A model generated the notes under the pieces. It made no database searches. It was not told the origin of the DNA and saw nothing but the letters and a program-made list of their open reading frames with translations. This document shows, one piece after another, positions 1 through 9,636 of a stretch of 64,000 nucleotides of DNA (its first letter is position 1; the number at the start of each line of letters is the position of its first letter). The position numbers were made by a program, and so were the translations under genes. This DNA comes from Planctomycetota bacterium (GTDB taxonomy: Bacteria > Planctomycetota > JAJSAM01 > JAJVHW01): contig CBDFJG010000004.1 in NCBI GenBank assembly GCA_965248445.1, positions 320,001-384,000 of the forward strand. The letters are read 5' to 3'.

Positions 1-2346
1 GCGGTACAGCGCTCCGCCGACGTTCGAAGAGCAGTAGTTGCCGCACGTGATGTCGATCTCCTCGAACACCGTGGTGCCGGTGATCACGATCTCCGGCGGA
101 CCCGTCGGACCGAGGTCGATGTCGCCGACCCACATGTCGAGGGCGCGCCAGTTGTCGCCGGAGCCCGAGCCGGGTCGCGGCGGCGCCATGAGCGATGAGG
201 TCTTGTCGCGGAAGACGCGGTCGCTGACGTCGGCCGTCGAATTGCGCCGCTCACTGACCAGGATGCGAACGTGGCTGGCGCTACTTCCGGGCACCGATGT
301 GCTCGCGGTCGCCACCGTGATGTCCGCCCAGCCGTCCTGGTTCATGTCGGCGACGGCGATGCTGTCGCCGCGCCAGTCATCCGTTGCGGAGACCTGCGAG
401 ACCCGCAGACTCGTGACGTCGGTGAAACCGCCGGAGCCGTCGTTCTCGAGCAGCGTCACCTGCGAATCGGTCTCGCGGGAGGCGCCGCCCTTCTTGGCGA
501 TGAACAGGTCCAGGTCGTCGTCGTTGTCGAAGTCGGCGAGCGCTGTCGACCAACCGTCGTACAGTTCTCCGCTGGCCACCGACAGGCCCAGATCCGACGA
601 GAAGTCCGCGAACGTGAAGTAGTCGATCGTGTGCGTGCCGCTGGTGCGGACGAGCGTGTCGTCGACGAGGTAGATCTCGTACGTGCCCTTCGGGCGCACC
701 GGCGCTGTGATCGAGTGCAGCGTCGAGTTCTTGAACGTGGCCTGCGTGAGGGTGATCTCCTCGAACACGCCGGGCGTCGCGGTCTCCATGAAGACCTGGT
801 CCGTTGCCTCGAAGTTGGTCCCCTTGACGAAGATGTCATCGCCGCCGAGGACCGACATCAGCTTCGGTGTGATGCGGCCGACGCCGGGCGCCGAGAGGTA
901 CTCGAACGAGTTCAGCGGCAGGTTGTCCCGCAACTGCGTGAGCGTGTCGCGGACTCCGAACTGGACCAAGCCGGCGGGGCGCGCCTGCGCGATGAACACG
1001 ACTTCCGTCTCGGTCTGGCTGATGAAGTTCACGGGCACCGGTGCGCCGTCGATCAGGAGGCCCATCTGATTGGCGCCGTCGACCGGCGCGCGGAAGTTCT
1101 CGCCCGTGATGGTCATCTGATATCCGCCGGACTCGGAGCCGACGCGCGGATCGATGTCGAACACCACCGGCGGCGGCACGCGCTCGAACGCGTTCTGGAG
1201 CACATCCACCTGGCCGGTGCTCGTCTCCGCCGTGACCGCGAACGCGCCCTCGGGGAGCGCCGCGGAGACCGTTCCGCTGATCAGCGTGGTGGCACCCTGA
1301 TCGGTGATGTTGATGTCGTCCAGCGGCAGGCCACCGAGGAAGACGACCGGGACGCCGTTCGAGTCGAACTCATCGAACGCGTTGACGACGGTCAGCGTCA
1401 CGAGCGTTCCGGGTCCGCCCTGCGTTGGGTTGATCCCCCTGTCTTTCTCGTCTTTGCCGATGATCGGCTCGTCCTTGTCGAGCCGGCCCGTCCGCTTGGC
1501 GCTGCTCTTGGCCAGCTTCGCGCTGGCGGTGAACTTGCTCTTCTGGAGCGCGATGCCGCCGGGGACGTCGAAGACGAACTCGTAGTTGCCCTGGGATCCG
1601 GTGACGGGCAGGACGATGTTCTTCCCGGTGATCTTCTTCCCCGGCTTGGTGTTGACGTTCTCGACAACGCCGTCGATCAACACGCCCGAGGGATCGAACA
1701 AGCCGTTGAACGTGATGTTCGCGCCCTTACTGGCAAGCTTGAACTTCAGTGTGGCGCCGCCGGATGCAGGCACCGTGTAGCGCAACTGGTCGTTCGCGTC
1801 GGCCTGGGCGCCGCTGTCCTTGACCTTGCCCAGCTTCGAGTACTTCGTGGAGACCGTGTACTCACCGCTGTCCTGGTCGGGGACGAAGTCGTTCAGGATG
1901 TCGCAGCGGAGCTTCCAGGTGCCCGTCTGGTCGAGCGTGAACTGGACTTTGGTGACCGGACTCACCTGCACGTTGACGTCGATGATGTCGCCGGTCAAGG
2001 GGTCCTGCTGCTGCTCGACGACCGTCACCGGATTGGCAGTCTTCACCTTTGCGCCGTCGGCGATGGTGACCTCGGTGCCGTCCGGACGCAGCAGGATCAG
2101 GCCCGCGGCCACTGCCGACTGCTTCGAGACCTTCAGGGTGCCGGTGAACTTCTGTCCCGGGTAGCCCTCGAAGACGTAGTCGTCCACGTCCGCGGCGAAC
2201 GACAGGTTCGTCGTGACCTTGGAACGGGTCGGCATGTTGACGCCGAAGCCGTCAGGCAAGCCCTCGGCCCAGGCGGGTCCGTCGGACGACAAGCCGGCGG
2301 CCAGGGCCGCGACGGCGATCAGGGAAACGATGCGGCGGAGCTTCAT
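1..2346 (-). CDS. Large secreted protein with Ig-like/beta-rich N-terminal part and FG-GAP/VCBS-type repeats; 3' end runs off the window
   Basis: Not in the ORF track because no stop lies in the window. ATG at 2346 gives MKLRRIVSLIAVAALAAGLSSDGPAWA (signal peptide); the same frame is open at position 1. It contains DFDNDDDLDLFI, DMNQDGWADITV and GDIDLG, typical FG-GAP Ca-binding loops. Confidence 0.8.
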   Translation of the reverse strand, partial: MKLRRIVSLIAVAALAAGLSSDGPAWAEGLPDGFGVNMPTRSKVTTNLSFAADVDDYVFEGYPGQKFTGTLKVSKQSAVAAGLILLRPDGTEVTIADGAKVKTANPVTVVEQQQDPLTGDIIDVNVQVSPVTKVQFTLDQTGTWKLRCDILNDFVPDQDSGEYTVSTKYSKLGKVKDSGAQADANDQLRYTVPASGGATLKFKLASKGANITFNGLFDPSGVLIDGVVENVNTKPGKKITGKNIVLPVTGSQGNYEFVFDVPGGIALQKSKFTASAKLAKSSAKRTGRLDKDEPIIGKDEKDRGINPTQGGPGTLVTLTVVNAFDEFDSNGVPVVFLGGLPLDDINITDQGATTLISGTVSAALPEGAFAVTAETSTGQVDVLQNAFERVPPPVVFDIDPRVGSESGGYQMTITGENFRAPVDGANQMGLLIDGAPVPVNFISQTETEVVFIAQARPAGLVQFGVRDTLTQLRDNLPLNSFEYLSAPGVGRITPKLMSVLGGDDIFVKGTNFEATDQVFMETATPGVFEEITLTQATFKNSTLHSITAPVRPKGTYEIYLVDDTLVRTSGTHTIDYFTFADFSSDLGLSVASGELYDGWSTALADFDNDDDLDLFIAKKGGASRETDSQVTLLENDGSGGFTDVTSLRVSQVSATDDWRGDSIAVADMNQDGWADITVATASTSVPGSSASHVRILVSERRNSTADVSDRVFRDKTSSLMAPPRPGSGSGDNWRALDMWVGDIDLGPTGPPEIVITGTTVFEEIDITCGNYCSSNVGGALYR

Positions 2347-2924
2347 CGGGGAACCTCACGGGTCGTCACTGCGACGTAACTGTCTGGACGTAACTGCAGA
2401 CGCCGGGTGGGGGAGCCACCACGGCAATCAAGCCAACGGTCACTCATGCCTGCGGGAGTGGTTGAGCCACCGCCCGCGCGAACACACGGCCATTCGGACC
2501 GACGTGCTCCCGCGGGGATCCCGTGCCCTGCATCCTAGCGCGCAGAGCCCGCAAACTCACCAAGGCGGGCGCACCATCCCTGAATCCACGCCCTGATCCT
2601 GGCTGCGCGCTCGAAGACCGAGCCTGCGCGAGCCCGTCGCCCCTGGTCGCCCCGACCGCTGCCGAGTATACACCGCCTCGCCCCGCGGTGGACCGTGACG
2701 GGGAGTCCGAAGTCGAGCGGCTGACCCGACGGAGACGGCCGTCCGAGGGGATTACCGGTCTCGACGCGGAGATCCAGCGCCGTCTCGCGGGCGGCGCGCC
2801 GGTGCCGCGTGCTGTTACTCTCCTGCGACGTGCGCGCCGACGTCACCGAGCCGCTGCCAGGACCGATCGCCGCGGCCACCCGATCGTGCAGCGGGGTTGC
2901 GAGAACCCCAGGGGGACTGCGTCG

Positions 2925-4349
2925 GTGAGCACCGTGAGGCTGGTTCTGCTCCTGCTGAGCGTGCTCGCGGCGGCACTTCTCGCCGCGTGGTTCATCGGTG
3001 GGGATGCGGAGACGCCGCCCGGGGGCGTCACACCGTCCGCTGCGGCGGCACCACCGCCACCCACCGTGCTCGTGGTGTTCCCGTCCACCCACAACCGGTT
3101 CATCCATGCGCCCTGCAACATGATCCCCGGGGACGGGCTCGCTTCGTTCTCGACCGTTCTCAACGTGTCGAAGAGTCAAGACCACGTACTCGGCGTCGCG
3201 ATGGGTGACATCTGTTCGCTCCCCGGGCCGCTCGGAGGCAGCGCCACGCGGTTGCTCGTGACGGAGTTCCTCCCGAGCGTCGGGGTGCGCGTGCTCGCGG
3301 CCGGCCCGGGCGAACTGCAATACGGCGTCGGCTTCGTCCGGCAGCAACTGCGGCGCGCGGCGGGTCTGGACGTGTTGTGCGGGAACGCCACCGACTCCGA
3401 GGGTCAGTCCATCCTGAAGGCGTGGTCCGTTGCGAGCACCACCGATGCGGACGGCCGGCCGGGGCGCACGTTCCTCTTCGTGGGTGTGGCCGGCCTCTCC
3501 ATCCGCGACGAACTCACCGCGGCCGGGTCCGACGTCGAACTTGCGGACCCCATCCCTGTGGTCAAGTCCGCGCTCGCGGACGGCCTGGAGCGCGCCCGCG
3601 AGAGGGAGGTGACACCTCACGTCCACGTGCTGCTCGTGCACGGCACCGCCAACGAGGCCGTTCAGATCCTGCAGGCGGTGCCCGGGTTCGACGTGGCGGC
3701 GGTGGCCGACGGTCCGAAGTTCCCGCCCCTCCGACCGCGCATGGCGGGTTCGGTCCCCGTTCTGTATCCGGGAGCAGAAGGGCGCTTCGTGAACTGGTGT
3801 AACGTCGCCGGGGCCTCGCCGCCGACGCTCACCCCGGGACTGTCTCGTTTGGGTCGCGACATCCTGACGCGCGGCGACCGGAGCCGCGAGCAACTGTTCC
3901 GGGCCATCGCGAGCCTCGCGGCGACGGCGCGCGCGCACACGATCATGGGGGGGGACACTCGTCCGCAGCACGCCGCTGGCGACTACGCGGGCGGAGATGC
4001 GTGCGCGACCTGTCACGCGGAGGTCGAGGCACGCCATGCGAAGTCGCCGCACGCCGCTCCCACCGCGCGCTGGGCAGTGGGCGGCTCCGACGGCAGCCCC
4101 CAGTGCGTAGTCTGTCACACGACTGCGCCCGCCTGGAGCACGGGGTATCGCGGGCCCGGTGATACGTCGAGACTCCGCACGGTCGACTGCGAGGCCTGTC
4201 ACGGTCCCGGGGCGGACCACGTTGCGGAGCCGGGTCCCGGTTACGGCGCCGTCTCGTGGGGGACGTGCACCAAGTGCCACACTCCGGAACGCTCCCCCGG
4301 GTTCAACGCTGCCGCACGGTGGGGCGACGTCCGCCACGGACCGAGGTAG
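2925..4349 (+). CDS. Membrane-anchored tetrahaem c-type cytochrome (c554/c552-like C-terminus) with a degenerate 5'-nucleotidase/metallophosphoesterase-like N-terminal domain
   Basis: Four CxxCH motifs (CATCH, CVVCH, CEACH, CTKCH) and an N-terminal hydrophobic anchor after GTG 2925; start site uncertain. Confidence 0.8.
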   Translation: MSTVRLVLLLLSVLAAALLAAWFIGGDAETPPGGVTPSAAAAPPPPTVLVVFPSTHNRFIHAPCNMIPGDGLASFSTVLNVSKSQDHVLGVAMGDICSLPGPLGGSATRLLVTEFLPSVGVRVLAAGPGELQYGVGFVRQQLRRAAGLDVLCGNATDSEGQSILKAWSVASTTDADGRPGRTFLFVGVAGLSIRDELTAAGSDVELADPIPVVKSALADGLERAREREVTPHVHVLLVHGTANEAVQILQAVPGFDVAAVADGPKFPPLRPRMAGSVPVLYPGAEGRFVNWCNVAGASPPTLTPGLSRLGRDILTRGDRSREQLFRAIASLAATARAHTIMGGDTRPQHAAGDYAGGDACATCHAEVEARHAKSPHAAPTARWAVGGSDGSPQCVVCHTTAPAWSTGYRGPGDTSRLRTVDCEACHGPGADHVAEPGPGYGAVSWGTCTKCHTPERSPGFNAAARWGDVRHGPR

Positions 4350-4363
4350 AGTCGTACCAAGCG

Positions 4364-5569
4364 ATGCGCAGCGCAGCCTCTCTGTTGACACCAGCCCTCC
4401 TCGTTGCCGTGGTTGGGGGCGCCGTGGTTGGGCTGCTCGGCGGGTACGCGCTGTTCTCGGCGCCTGGCGGGCCCGCGGTCGACGACCGGTCCGCCGAAGT
4501 CGCCGAACTGCGCAGTGAAGTGGAGCGGCTCCGCGCCCGCCTCGAAGAAGACCGGCGCCGCGACAACGCGCGGGTCCGCGTCGTGTCGGACAGTTCGCAG
4601 CCTCTCGGCGTCGGTGCCGACGCCGCTCCGGACGCCGCCTCAGGCGATCCGCCAGCGGCGACCGACGGCGTGGAGACCGCGCCGTCGACGCCTGAGGAGC
4701 GGCAGGCGCGTGTGGACGAACTCCGCGCGCAGATGCCGAACTGGTTCGACCGCGGCGACGGCAAATCGGCCCTCGCTGCGCTGCGCGAACTGGCGGCGAT
4801 CGTGCCGGAGGGGCGCGAAGCCGCGATGCAGTTGGCGCTGGACATCAACAATGACGTGAACGGCGACGGCAAGCTCGGGCTGTCCGACGTGGTGTTCTAC
4901 ACCGGACTCGGCCACCCCGCCGTGGTCGGTCTGCTCGACTGGGCCCTCGAACGGGGAGACACACCGAGCGACTTCCGCGTCATGGCGGCGTACGGCCTGC
5001 CGTGGACGCAGTCGCCCGCGGAGACGCTGGAGCAATTTGGCCGGGCGCTGAACGGTGAGCAGAATGTCGACGTCCAGCGCGCGCTCCTCGCCAACCTCGG
5101 CCGGATGAAGAGCCCCGAGTCGCAGCGCATGCTGAGCGACTTCTTCGCCGACGCGAACAAGGACGCGGCAGTGCGCGGGATGATCGCGATGCAACTCGCG
5201 ACGACCGACGACCCCGGCGTGCTGAGGACGATCGAGACGGCGGCCGCGTCCGACGAGGACGCGGGCGTGCGCGCTGCCGCCAAGGCCGCTCTCGTTCTGC
5301 GCGATCCGCCCGCGACGGGCTACCTCGTCACCGGGACTCTCCCGTCGAGCCAGGCGGAGGCAGCCGGACTGCGGGCTGGCGACGTGCTCGTGACGTACGA
5401 CGGTCGGCCTGTACCGGACGGTGACTCGCTCCGTGCCGCGGCATCCGAAGCCGGTGGCGCAGACACTGTGCGCGTCGTCGTGGTGCGAGACGGGCGCGAG
5501 GTCGAGGTCGACTTGCGACCGGGCCGCCTCGGCGTCTTCGGGCGGGGAGTCGAGGCCGCCGAGAAGTGA
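4364..5569 (+). CDS. Membrane-anchored HEAT-repeat protein with C-terminal PDZ domain
   Basis: N-terminal TM, coiled coil, HEAT-like motifs (DEDAGVRAAAKAAL), PDZ signature SQAEAAGLRAGDVLVTYDG...VVRDG. Confidence 0.75.
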   Translation: MRSAASLLTPALLVAVVGGAVVGLLGGYALFSAPGGPAVDDRSAEVAELRSEVERLRARLEEDRRRDNARVRVVSDSSQPLGVGADAAPDAASGDPPAATDGVETAPSTPEERQARVDELRAQMPNWFDRGDGKSALAALRELAAIVPEGREAAMQLALDINNDVNGDGKLGLSDVVFYTGLGHPAVVGLLDWALERGDTPSDFRVMAAYGLPWTQSPAETLEQFGRALNGEQNVDVQRALLANLGRMKSPESQRMLSDFFADANKDAAVRGMIAMQLATTDDPGVLRTIETAAASDEDAGVRAAAKAALVLRDPPATGYLVTGTLPSSQAEAAGLRAGDVLVTYDGRPVPDGDSLRAAASEAGGADTVRVVVVRDGREVEVDLRPGRLGVFGRGVEAAEK

Positions 5570-6480
5570 CCGTTCGCGATCCCGGCGGGGAGCCGGGGCC
5601 GGACACCGAACGCGCCAACGAGCGCACCCGGGACCTCGACCGGCTGGAGGCGGCTGACCTCGCCGCCCTCGTGTTCGCCGAGGACGCTGCCGTCGCGGCA
5701 GCGTGCAGCGCGGCGTCCGCCGGAGTGGGGCGACTGATCTCGGCGGGTGCCGACGCCCTGCGCGCCGGCGGCCGCGTGGTCTACGCCGGCGCCGGGACGA
5801 GCGGGCGTCTCGCACTTCTGGACGCGGTCGAACTCGGTCCGACGTTCTCCCTCGAGGAAGGCCGGTTTGTAGTACTGCTGGCCGGCGGAACCGACGCGGT
5901 GTTTCGGGCGCGCGAGGGTGCGGAGGATCGCGAGAACGACGGCGTCCGGGATCTGGCCGAGACCGGTTGCGGCGTCGCCGACTTCGTCGTCGGCGTGAGC
6001 GCGAGCGGCCGAACGCCCTACGTGCTCGGCGTTCTGCGCGCGGCGCGGCACCGGGGCGCGCGCACGGGCGCCGTCGTGTGCTCGCGGGTCAGTGATGCGT
6101 TCCCGGCCGAGATCGTGGTGCATCTCGACACAGGACCCGAGGTGCTGGCGGGCAGCACGCGCATGAAGGCGGGATCCGCGACGAAGATGGCGCTCAACGC
6201 GTTCTCGCTCGGCGTGATGACGCGACTCGGCAAGGTGCACGGGAATCGCATGGTCGACGTGCGGATCGGCTCCGAGAAGCTGGTTCGACGCGCACGCGGG
6301 CTCGTGCGCGAGCTGGGGAACGTGGCGGCGGATCGTGCTGCGGCACTGCTCGACGAGGCTGGCGGCCGCGTGAAGGTGGCCGTCCTGATGGCGCGCACCG
6401 GGTGCGACCCGGAGACCGCGGCGTGGCGCATCGACGCGGCGGACGGAGTCCTACGTGCGGCGCTCGAAGGCGACACGTGA
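5566..6480 (+). CDS. murQ: N-acetylmuramic acid 6-phosphate etherase
   Basis: GAGTSGRL, DAVELGPTF, SASGRTPYV, GPEVLAGSTRMKAG motifs; GTGA overlap with the upstream gene. Confidence 0.95.
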   Translation: MTVRDPGGEPGPDTERANERTRDLDRLEAADLAALVFAEDAAVAAACSAASAGVGRLISAGADALRAGGRVVYAGAGTSGRLALLDAVELGPTFSLEEGRFVVLLAGGTDAVFRAREGAEDRENDGVRDLAETGCGVADFVVGVSASGRTPYVLGVLRAARHRGARTGAVVCSRVSDAFPAEIVVHLDTGPEVLAGSTRMKAGSATKMALNAFSLGVMTRLGKVHGNRMVDVRIGSEKLVRRARGLVRELGNVAADRAAALLDEAGGRVKVAVLMARTGCDPETAAWRIDAADGVLRAALEGDT

Positions 6481-7658
6481 CGTCGCTCGAGCGACTGGTT
6501 GAGTGCGCACGAAAGCCGGTGCTGCGCGCTGTCGGACTGATGTCCGGCACATCCGCGGACGGCGTGGACGCCGCGCTTGTCGAGATCTCCGGCAGGTTCC
6601 CGGACCTGCGCGTGACGACGATCGCCGCGCTGACCGAGCCCTTTCAGGGGCCGCGCGAACTGGGGGCTCGCTTCGCGGAGGCGGAGCACCTCGCCCTCCA
6701 CTCCCGCCACATCGGGATCGAGTTCGCCGCTGCAGCGCTCGCGGTCATTCGCGCCGCCGGGTTGACGCCGGGGGACGTGGACGTGATCGGGAGTCACGGA
6801 CAGACCGTGACGCACCTCCCGCGGCGCGGTGTGCTGCGGCAGGACGGGACGCGCGGCGCCGTGACCCTGCAAGTCGGTGATCCGGCAGTCATCCGCGAAC
6901 GCACCGGTATCGCCGTCGTGCACGACTTTCGCGCCGCGGACGTCGCCGCCGGTGGTGAAGGGGCGCCGCTCGTTCCGATCGTGGACTGGTTGCTCCTGCG
7001 CAGTGAGCGCGGTGCGCGGATCGCGCTCAACCTCGGCGGTATCGCCAACGCCACGCGCATCACGCCCCGGCTCTCCGACGTGATGGCACTGGACACCGGG
7101 CCGGCGAACGGACCTCTCGACGCGGCCGTGTACGAGATCTCGTCGGGCGGGCAGTATCAGGACGACGACGGCCAGCTCGCCGCCGCGGGCAAGGCAGATG
7201 AGGCGGTCGTCGCGGCGCTGCTTCGTCAGCGCGTTCTCGCCTCCCCGCCGCCGCGCAGCTTCGACCGGGCGACCTTCGGCATGGCCTTCGTTCGGACAGT
7301 CGTCAACGAGCATCCGGACCTACCGGCCGAAGACCTGCTCGCGACGCTCACCGAGTTCGTGGCGGCCGCGACGGTGGGTGCGTGCGTGCGCTATCTCGGA
7401 GCTGGCGAGGACGGTGACGTCAGCGAGGTCCTCGTCTCCGGTGGCGGCGTGCACAACCCGACGCTGATGGCCGCGCTGGCGCGACGCTTCGCGCCCGTCA
7501 CGGTGCGATCGACCGCGGAGGTGGGGATCGACCCGGATGCGAAGGAGGCGGTCGCGTTCGCGGTGCTGGCGTCGGAGACGATCCGCGGCCGGGCCGGCAA
7601 CCTCCCCGCGGTCACCGGTGCCGCCGGCCCGCGCGTGCTCGGTTCGATCATTCCGTAA
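6477..7658 (+). CDS. anmK: Anhydro-N-acetylmuramic acid kinase
   Basis: GLMSGTSADGVD, GSHGQT, DFRAADVAAGGEGAPLVP, LNLGGIAN, DTGPAN, KEAVAFA motifs. Confidence 0.95.
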   Translation: MTSLERLVECARKPVLRAVGLMSGTSADGVDAALVEISGRFPDLRVTTIAALTEPFQGPRELGARFAEAEHLALHSRHIGIEFAAAALAVIRAAGLTPGDVDVIGSHGQTVTHLPRRGVLRQDGTRGAVTLQVGDPAVIRERTGIAVVHDFRAADVAAGGEGAPLVPIVDWLLLRSERGARIALNLGGIANATRITPRLSDVMALDTGPANGPLDAAVYEISSGGQYQDDDGQLAAAGKADEAVVAALLRQRVLASPPPRSFDRATFGMAFVRTVVNEHPDLPAEDLLATLTEFVAAATVGACVRYLGAGEDGDVSEVLVSGGGVHNPTLMAALARRFAPVTVRSTAEVGIDPDAKEAVAFAVLASETIRGRAGNLPAVTGAAGPRVLGSIIP

Positions 7659-7681
7659 CGCCCCCTGGATACACTCGAAGC

Positions 7682-9259
7682 GTGAGCGGAGCCGATCCCC
7701 CGACCCGTCCCCGGCTCGGCCTCTCGGTGCTGGTTCCCGCGGTTCGTCTGCCGCGCGACTACCGGCGAGCCGAGGAGCTGCGCCGCCTCGCACGCGACGG
7801 CGTCGCGGGCTTCCTCGTCTTCGGCGGCGACCGCGAGCTCCTTCCTGCGTTCGTGTCGAGCTTGCGCCGTGCGGCTGGCCGGCCGCTGCTCATCATGACG
7901 GACGCGGAGCGCGGTCTCGGCCAGCAGGTGCGGGGGTGTCTCACGCTGCCCCCGTTGATGGCCGTGGGGGCGACCCTGTCCGAAGAGCGCGCGTACGAGC
8001 ACGGGCGACTCACCGCGCTCGAGGCCCGCGCGATGGGCATCAACATGGTGCTGGCGCCGGTCCTCGACGTCCTCTCGCTCGCGACGAACCCGATCATCGG
8101 GAACCGCTCGCTCGGTGCGAACCCCGGTGCTGTGGCATCCCTCGGTGCGGCGTGGATCGCCGGCGCGCAGGACCAGGGTGTTCTCGCTTGCGCAAAGCAC
8201 TTCCCGGGACATGGAGACACCGACGAGGACTCGCACGACGCGCTGCCCGTCGTCAGCGCGGACGCCGAGCTTCTTCACGCACGCGAACTGGTGCCGTTCC
8301 GCGCCGCGGTCCGCGCCGGCGTGGGCGCGATCATGACGGCGCACGTGGCGTACCCCGCGCTGGACCCCCGTCCCCGCATGCCCGCGTCGCTGTCCCGTCC
8401 GATCCTCGGCGATCTCCTGCGCGACGACCTCGGGTTCGGTGGTCTCGTGATTTCGGACGCGTTGGTCATGTCCGGGCTGCTGCTGGCCGGCGAGGAAGGC
8501 ACCCCACTCGAGGAACCCGAGGCGGCGGTGCGCTGCATCGAGGCGGGTTGCGACCTGCTGCTCCACCCCGTCGATTCACACGGAGTCGCAACGGCCCTCG
8601 AGGAGGCCAGCGAGTCTGGCCACGTGGACCTGCTCGCGGCGCGCAGCCGGGTCGCGCTGACCCTCGCCGACCTGGTCGTCGAGTCCCGCGGCGTCCACGG
8701 CGTCATGCCGGAGCATCTCTACGACGTGTACGGCCTGGCCCGCGACAGCCTCGCGGTTCTGCGCAACGCCGGCCGCCGTCTTCCCCTGGCCCGCCGCCCG
8801 GAGGAGACGTGGCTCGCCCTGATCGTCGACGACGACGACGATCCGGCGCGGGCGGCGCCGTTCACGGAACGCGCACCGGACTTCGCTGCGGGGGTCGTCC
8901 GACTCTCGGATTGGCGTACGGAGACGTTCGACGAGGACAGCTGGGGGGCGGAGCCGGCGCTGCTTCGTCGTGTCGATGCGGCGGATGGCATCGTCCTCGC
9001 TGTCGCCTGCCATCAGCGCGCGTGGAAAGGCCGCGCCGGGCTCAAGCCCGGCCTGTTGCGCCTCGTTGCGACGGTCCTCGCGCGGGCGGAGGGGCGCGTC
9101 GTGACCCTGCTCCTGTCGGCCCCGGGAGTGCTGGCCGACCTACCCGAGCCGCCACCGACTCTGGTGGCCTGCTGGGGCGACGCGCCGGTGTCCGTCCGGG
9201 CCGCGCTCGACCTGCTCCTCGGGGGGGGACCGATGCGCGGCCTGGATCCGTGTCCGTGA
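7682..9259 (+). CDS. nagZ: GH3 beta-N-acetylglucosaminidase
   Basis: KHFPGHGDTDEDSH and ISDAL motifs; lies next to murQ/anmK. Confidence 0.88.
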   Translation: MSGADPPTRPRLGLSVLVPAVRLPRDYRRAEELRRLARDGVAGFLVFGGDRELLPAFVSSLRRAAGRPLLIMTDAERGLGQQVRGCLTLPPLMAVGATLSEERAYEHGRLTALEARAMGINMVLAPVLDVLSLATNPIIGNRSLGANPGAVASLGAAWIAGAQDQGVLACAKHFPGHGDTDEDSHDALPVVSADAELLHARELVPFRAAVRAGVGAIMTAHVAYPALDPRPRMPASLSRPILGDLLRDDLGFGGLVISDALVMSGLLLAGEEGTPLEEPEAAVRCIEAGCDLLLHPVDSHGVATALEEASESGHVDLLAARSRVALTLADLVVESRGVHGVMPEHLYDVYGLARDSLAVLRNAGRRLPLARRPEETWLALIVDDDDDPARAAPFTERAPDFAAGVVRLSDWRTETFDEDSWGAEPALLRRVDAADGIVLAVACHQRAWKGRAGLKPGLLRLVATVLARAEGRVVTLLLSAPGVLADLPEPPPTLVACWGDAPVSVRAALDLLLGGGPMRGLDPCP

Positions 9260-9636
9260 CGCCTGTGTCCGGCGCGCCTCTCGGGAGCCGCTGACGACGT
9301 GCCCGCGGCCCCGGCTGCGGGGGGCATCGAATCGCGCTAACCTGTTCGTCTGCATGAGTTTCCGTGCGCTCCGGTCGATCGGAGTTTTTTGATTGATCGG
9401 TCGATTCACCCACCTAGAATCCGCAGCGCACGGGACCGTCGATTCGGTTCGTGTTGGGCATTTGCGAGTGGGTTAGGAAGACTGTGGCGGTGTGACCGCC
9501 GGAGTCGCCCGGTCCGTCCGTCGAGGCAGAGTGTGCTTCGGGACGAACGGGGCGCTTCGGTGCGCGCATTGTTCCGTTGCACAGTGTGTTGCAGAGTTGT
9601 GCCGCTGCGGCCCCTGCCGGGTCGCCTAGGGAGGCT

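Noticed and set aside
271..2379. 702-aa plus-strand ORF
   Set aside because: Antisense shadow of the real minus-strand secreted protein; no recognisable motifs.
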